DNA of 61,960 nucleotides, the filler included, from Sphacelaria rigidula (lineage: Eukaryota), in assembly GCA_964200075.2 (NCBI GenBank). It is 11 parts of 11 records of this genome, joined end to end, with 100 filler letters (N's around TTAATTAATTAA, not from the genome) between each part and the next. Parts side by side here need not be neighbours in the genome. Positions count along the whole stretch, not along the records: positions 56,420 to 61,960 come from CAXNAA020026492.1; 10 more parts are not named here. One strand, 5' to 3'. This document shows positions 60,188 through 61,960 of the stretch, piece after piece; the stretch's first letter is position 1; each line of letters opens with the position of its first letter. Under the pieces are notes generated by a model that ran no database searches, was not told the DNA's origin, and worked only from the letters and a program-made list of their open reading frames with translations. The position numbers and the translations under genes were made by a program.

Positions 60188-60484
60188 TAGGGTTCATGTA
60201 TCGGCACCGATAGGTACACTTGATATTACGATATCGGTCGATACATGTTGTACCGAACATCGGAAAATCGGATCGATAGTTCAACCGATAGTGTGGGGGA
60301 CGAGGGGTGTTCTACAGTTTGGGCCAATTGAAGTGAGAAAATGAAGCGAAAACGCCCCAGTACTCCTGCCTCCGGCTGCCAGTGTTCTCGCGACATGTAC
60401 CGATATCTTCTCGGTAAATACATGGACTTCGCCGATTTCTGATCAATGTTATATATTATATATTGCTACCGATACACAACCCTA
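60188..60484. mobile_element. hAT-type MITE with imperfect TAGGG TIRs
   Basis: TAGGGTTCATGTATCGG ... CCGATACACAACCCTA, with repeated CCGATA/TATCGG subterminal motifs. The 8-bp flanks GTATCTGA and GTGCTCGA match at only 4 of 8 positions (all differences are transitions). Confidence 0.6.
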
Positions 60485-61616
60485 GTGCTCGAGGGATTGG
60501 TGAGTATTGACCGTGAGTCAGAGGAGTAGAATTGACAATAGCAAACACCAGCGACGCGGCTGAGTTCCGCAGTTGCCTCGAAAACGCCATATACTCTAAT
60601 ATGCTCCATGCAACACAATTTTGATTACATGGGGCACCGTTAATCCTCGGTCATTTGTGAGAGTTGAAAATCGAAACAAGGAACATCGTGATCGCGTGGC
60701 CAAGGCGTACTATAATCCAGTGTCGAAAATAAAGGGATTAAAATGGCGACAGTTCATACTTCAATCAAGTAAATAAGCATACGTGTAACAGTTGGAAACG
60801 ATAAAGATACCATTTTTGGCACATTTTCAATGATTTATGGAGAGAGAACATCTTCGAGTTGGACGAAACCAACGAGTGCTCTGAAGTACCGGTGACGAGC
60901 ATACACGGATGGTCAACAAAACATAATTCTAAACGTACACAGGGGAAAAATACAAAATCCCCTTTTCTCGCCCGTAACTTGTGAGGTGTGACATCTCACC
61001 CCACCCTTCTCCATTGTATTTTCATAAAAAGAGGTGCTGGGTTCAGGTCGAATTCGCCCGAATCCGACGAGTGTTTCAACATTCATAGGTCCACTATTGA
61101 GCATAAATCTCCGCAACTCGTGCAGCAAAAAAAGGAGTTTATTTCGTCTTATTTTTCACTCAATTTCGGCCAAAAAAGGTTTTCCTCTTCGACGCAAGCA
61201 GCCCCTTGACGAGATGCGTTCGAATCTGGTTTCAAAAATGAAACAAGACCCTCCTTCTTCGACCTCCACAATCTTGATCAGTATTTACCTAAAACAGAAT
61301 TTCCTCTCAACACGACACTGAAATTTGGAATAGTGAACCGGCGGTTCGATCTACCTGAAACATTGCTTTCTGACGATATATGTAATGTTTTTGTGATTAA
61401 ATCAAGTGCCTGGTTTGCAAAAACTCCATATACGCATGTTGAATTCTGGCAGAAATTGAGCTGCATGGACGACAAGAAGGGGGTGTAGGAAAGCAAAAGT
61501 TAACCCAACAAGCCATATCCATGTACGCTGAATCACTCCCGCAGCCGCTACCGAGATTCACAATGTTTTTCGTGGTTCGAGGTAGATGGAAAATACATGC
61601 CACCGGACCGAAAATC

Positions 61617-61649
61617 GGGGACGGGGGACGGGGGACGGGGGACGGGGGG
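61617..61649 (+). repeat. (GGGGGAC)n 7-bp minisatellite, G-quadruplex-capable
   Basis: GGGGACGGGGGACGGGGGACGGGGGACGGGGGG. Confidence 0.9.
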
Positions 61650-61887
61650 CTGAGAAGTGTTCCGCCTCTTAATTTCTGGGCGAACTATCGTGGCGAACGT
61701 AAATGCGCTCGAAAAAAAAAAGGTGACAGTACGCACGTTGCTTATTTTCGGCTGTGCGGCCAAAGGAACACAAAAAAAATAAATTTCAATCGTGTTACCG
61801 TGTGTGCGCTTGTGCCCACTCTCCACTTATGCGCTGAATTTCCAACGCCCCAGTCCCCGACACACGTAAAAGAGGCATCAGCGCGCT

Positions 61888-61960
61888 GGGGGGGGGAGGA
61901 TGTGTACTCATGATCATGCATGCCACAGTCATCAGACCATTGACCTCGCATCCCTACAAA
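61888..61960 (-). mobile_element. LINE-3'-end-like copy at the contig end
   Basis: G-run followed by GTGTACTCATGATCATGC.TGCCA.AGTCATCAGACCATTGACCTCGCATCCCTACAAA, nearly identical to 28049-28107. Confidence 0.7.

Overview
This window is not one locus. It is 11 unrelated contigs of 5541-5543 bp, joined by identical 100-nt artificial spacers (N44-TTAATTAATTAA-N44). The DNA is eukaryotic, intron-rich and repeat-rich, and most likely comes from a brown alga (Phaeophyceae); this is inferred from the eIF3g C-terminal tail, the NB-ARC gene style and the repeat families. I reconstructed three host genes by hand from GT-AG exons with consistent phases, all on the minus strand: eIF3g (5 exons, 5' end missing), the 5' end of a WDR19/IFT144-like gene (3 exons) and the middle of an NB-ARC/STAND gene (3 exons). 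There is also a two-exon fragment of an unknown polyQ protein. Most other recognisable sequence is mobile DNA: decayed Copia and Gypsy remnants, a probable AcademX transposase C-terminus, several MITE families, tRNA-derived SINE-like pieces and LINE 3' ends. The best leads are (1) a putative Copia 5' end whose first ORF starts with a PAM2 (PABP-binding) motif followed by Q/P-rich 17-aa repeats, (2) a LINE whose 3' end is a C-run, which sits at G/C runs and forms head-to-tail arrays, (3) an Academ-like Cys8 element, and (4) an 816-bp foldback with near-identical outer arms and diverged inner arms. All family assignments come from motifs recognised by eye; no searches were run.
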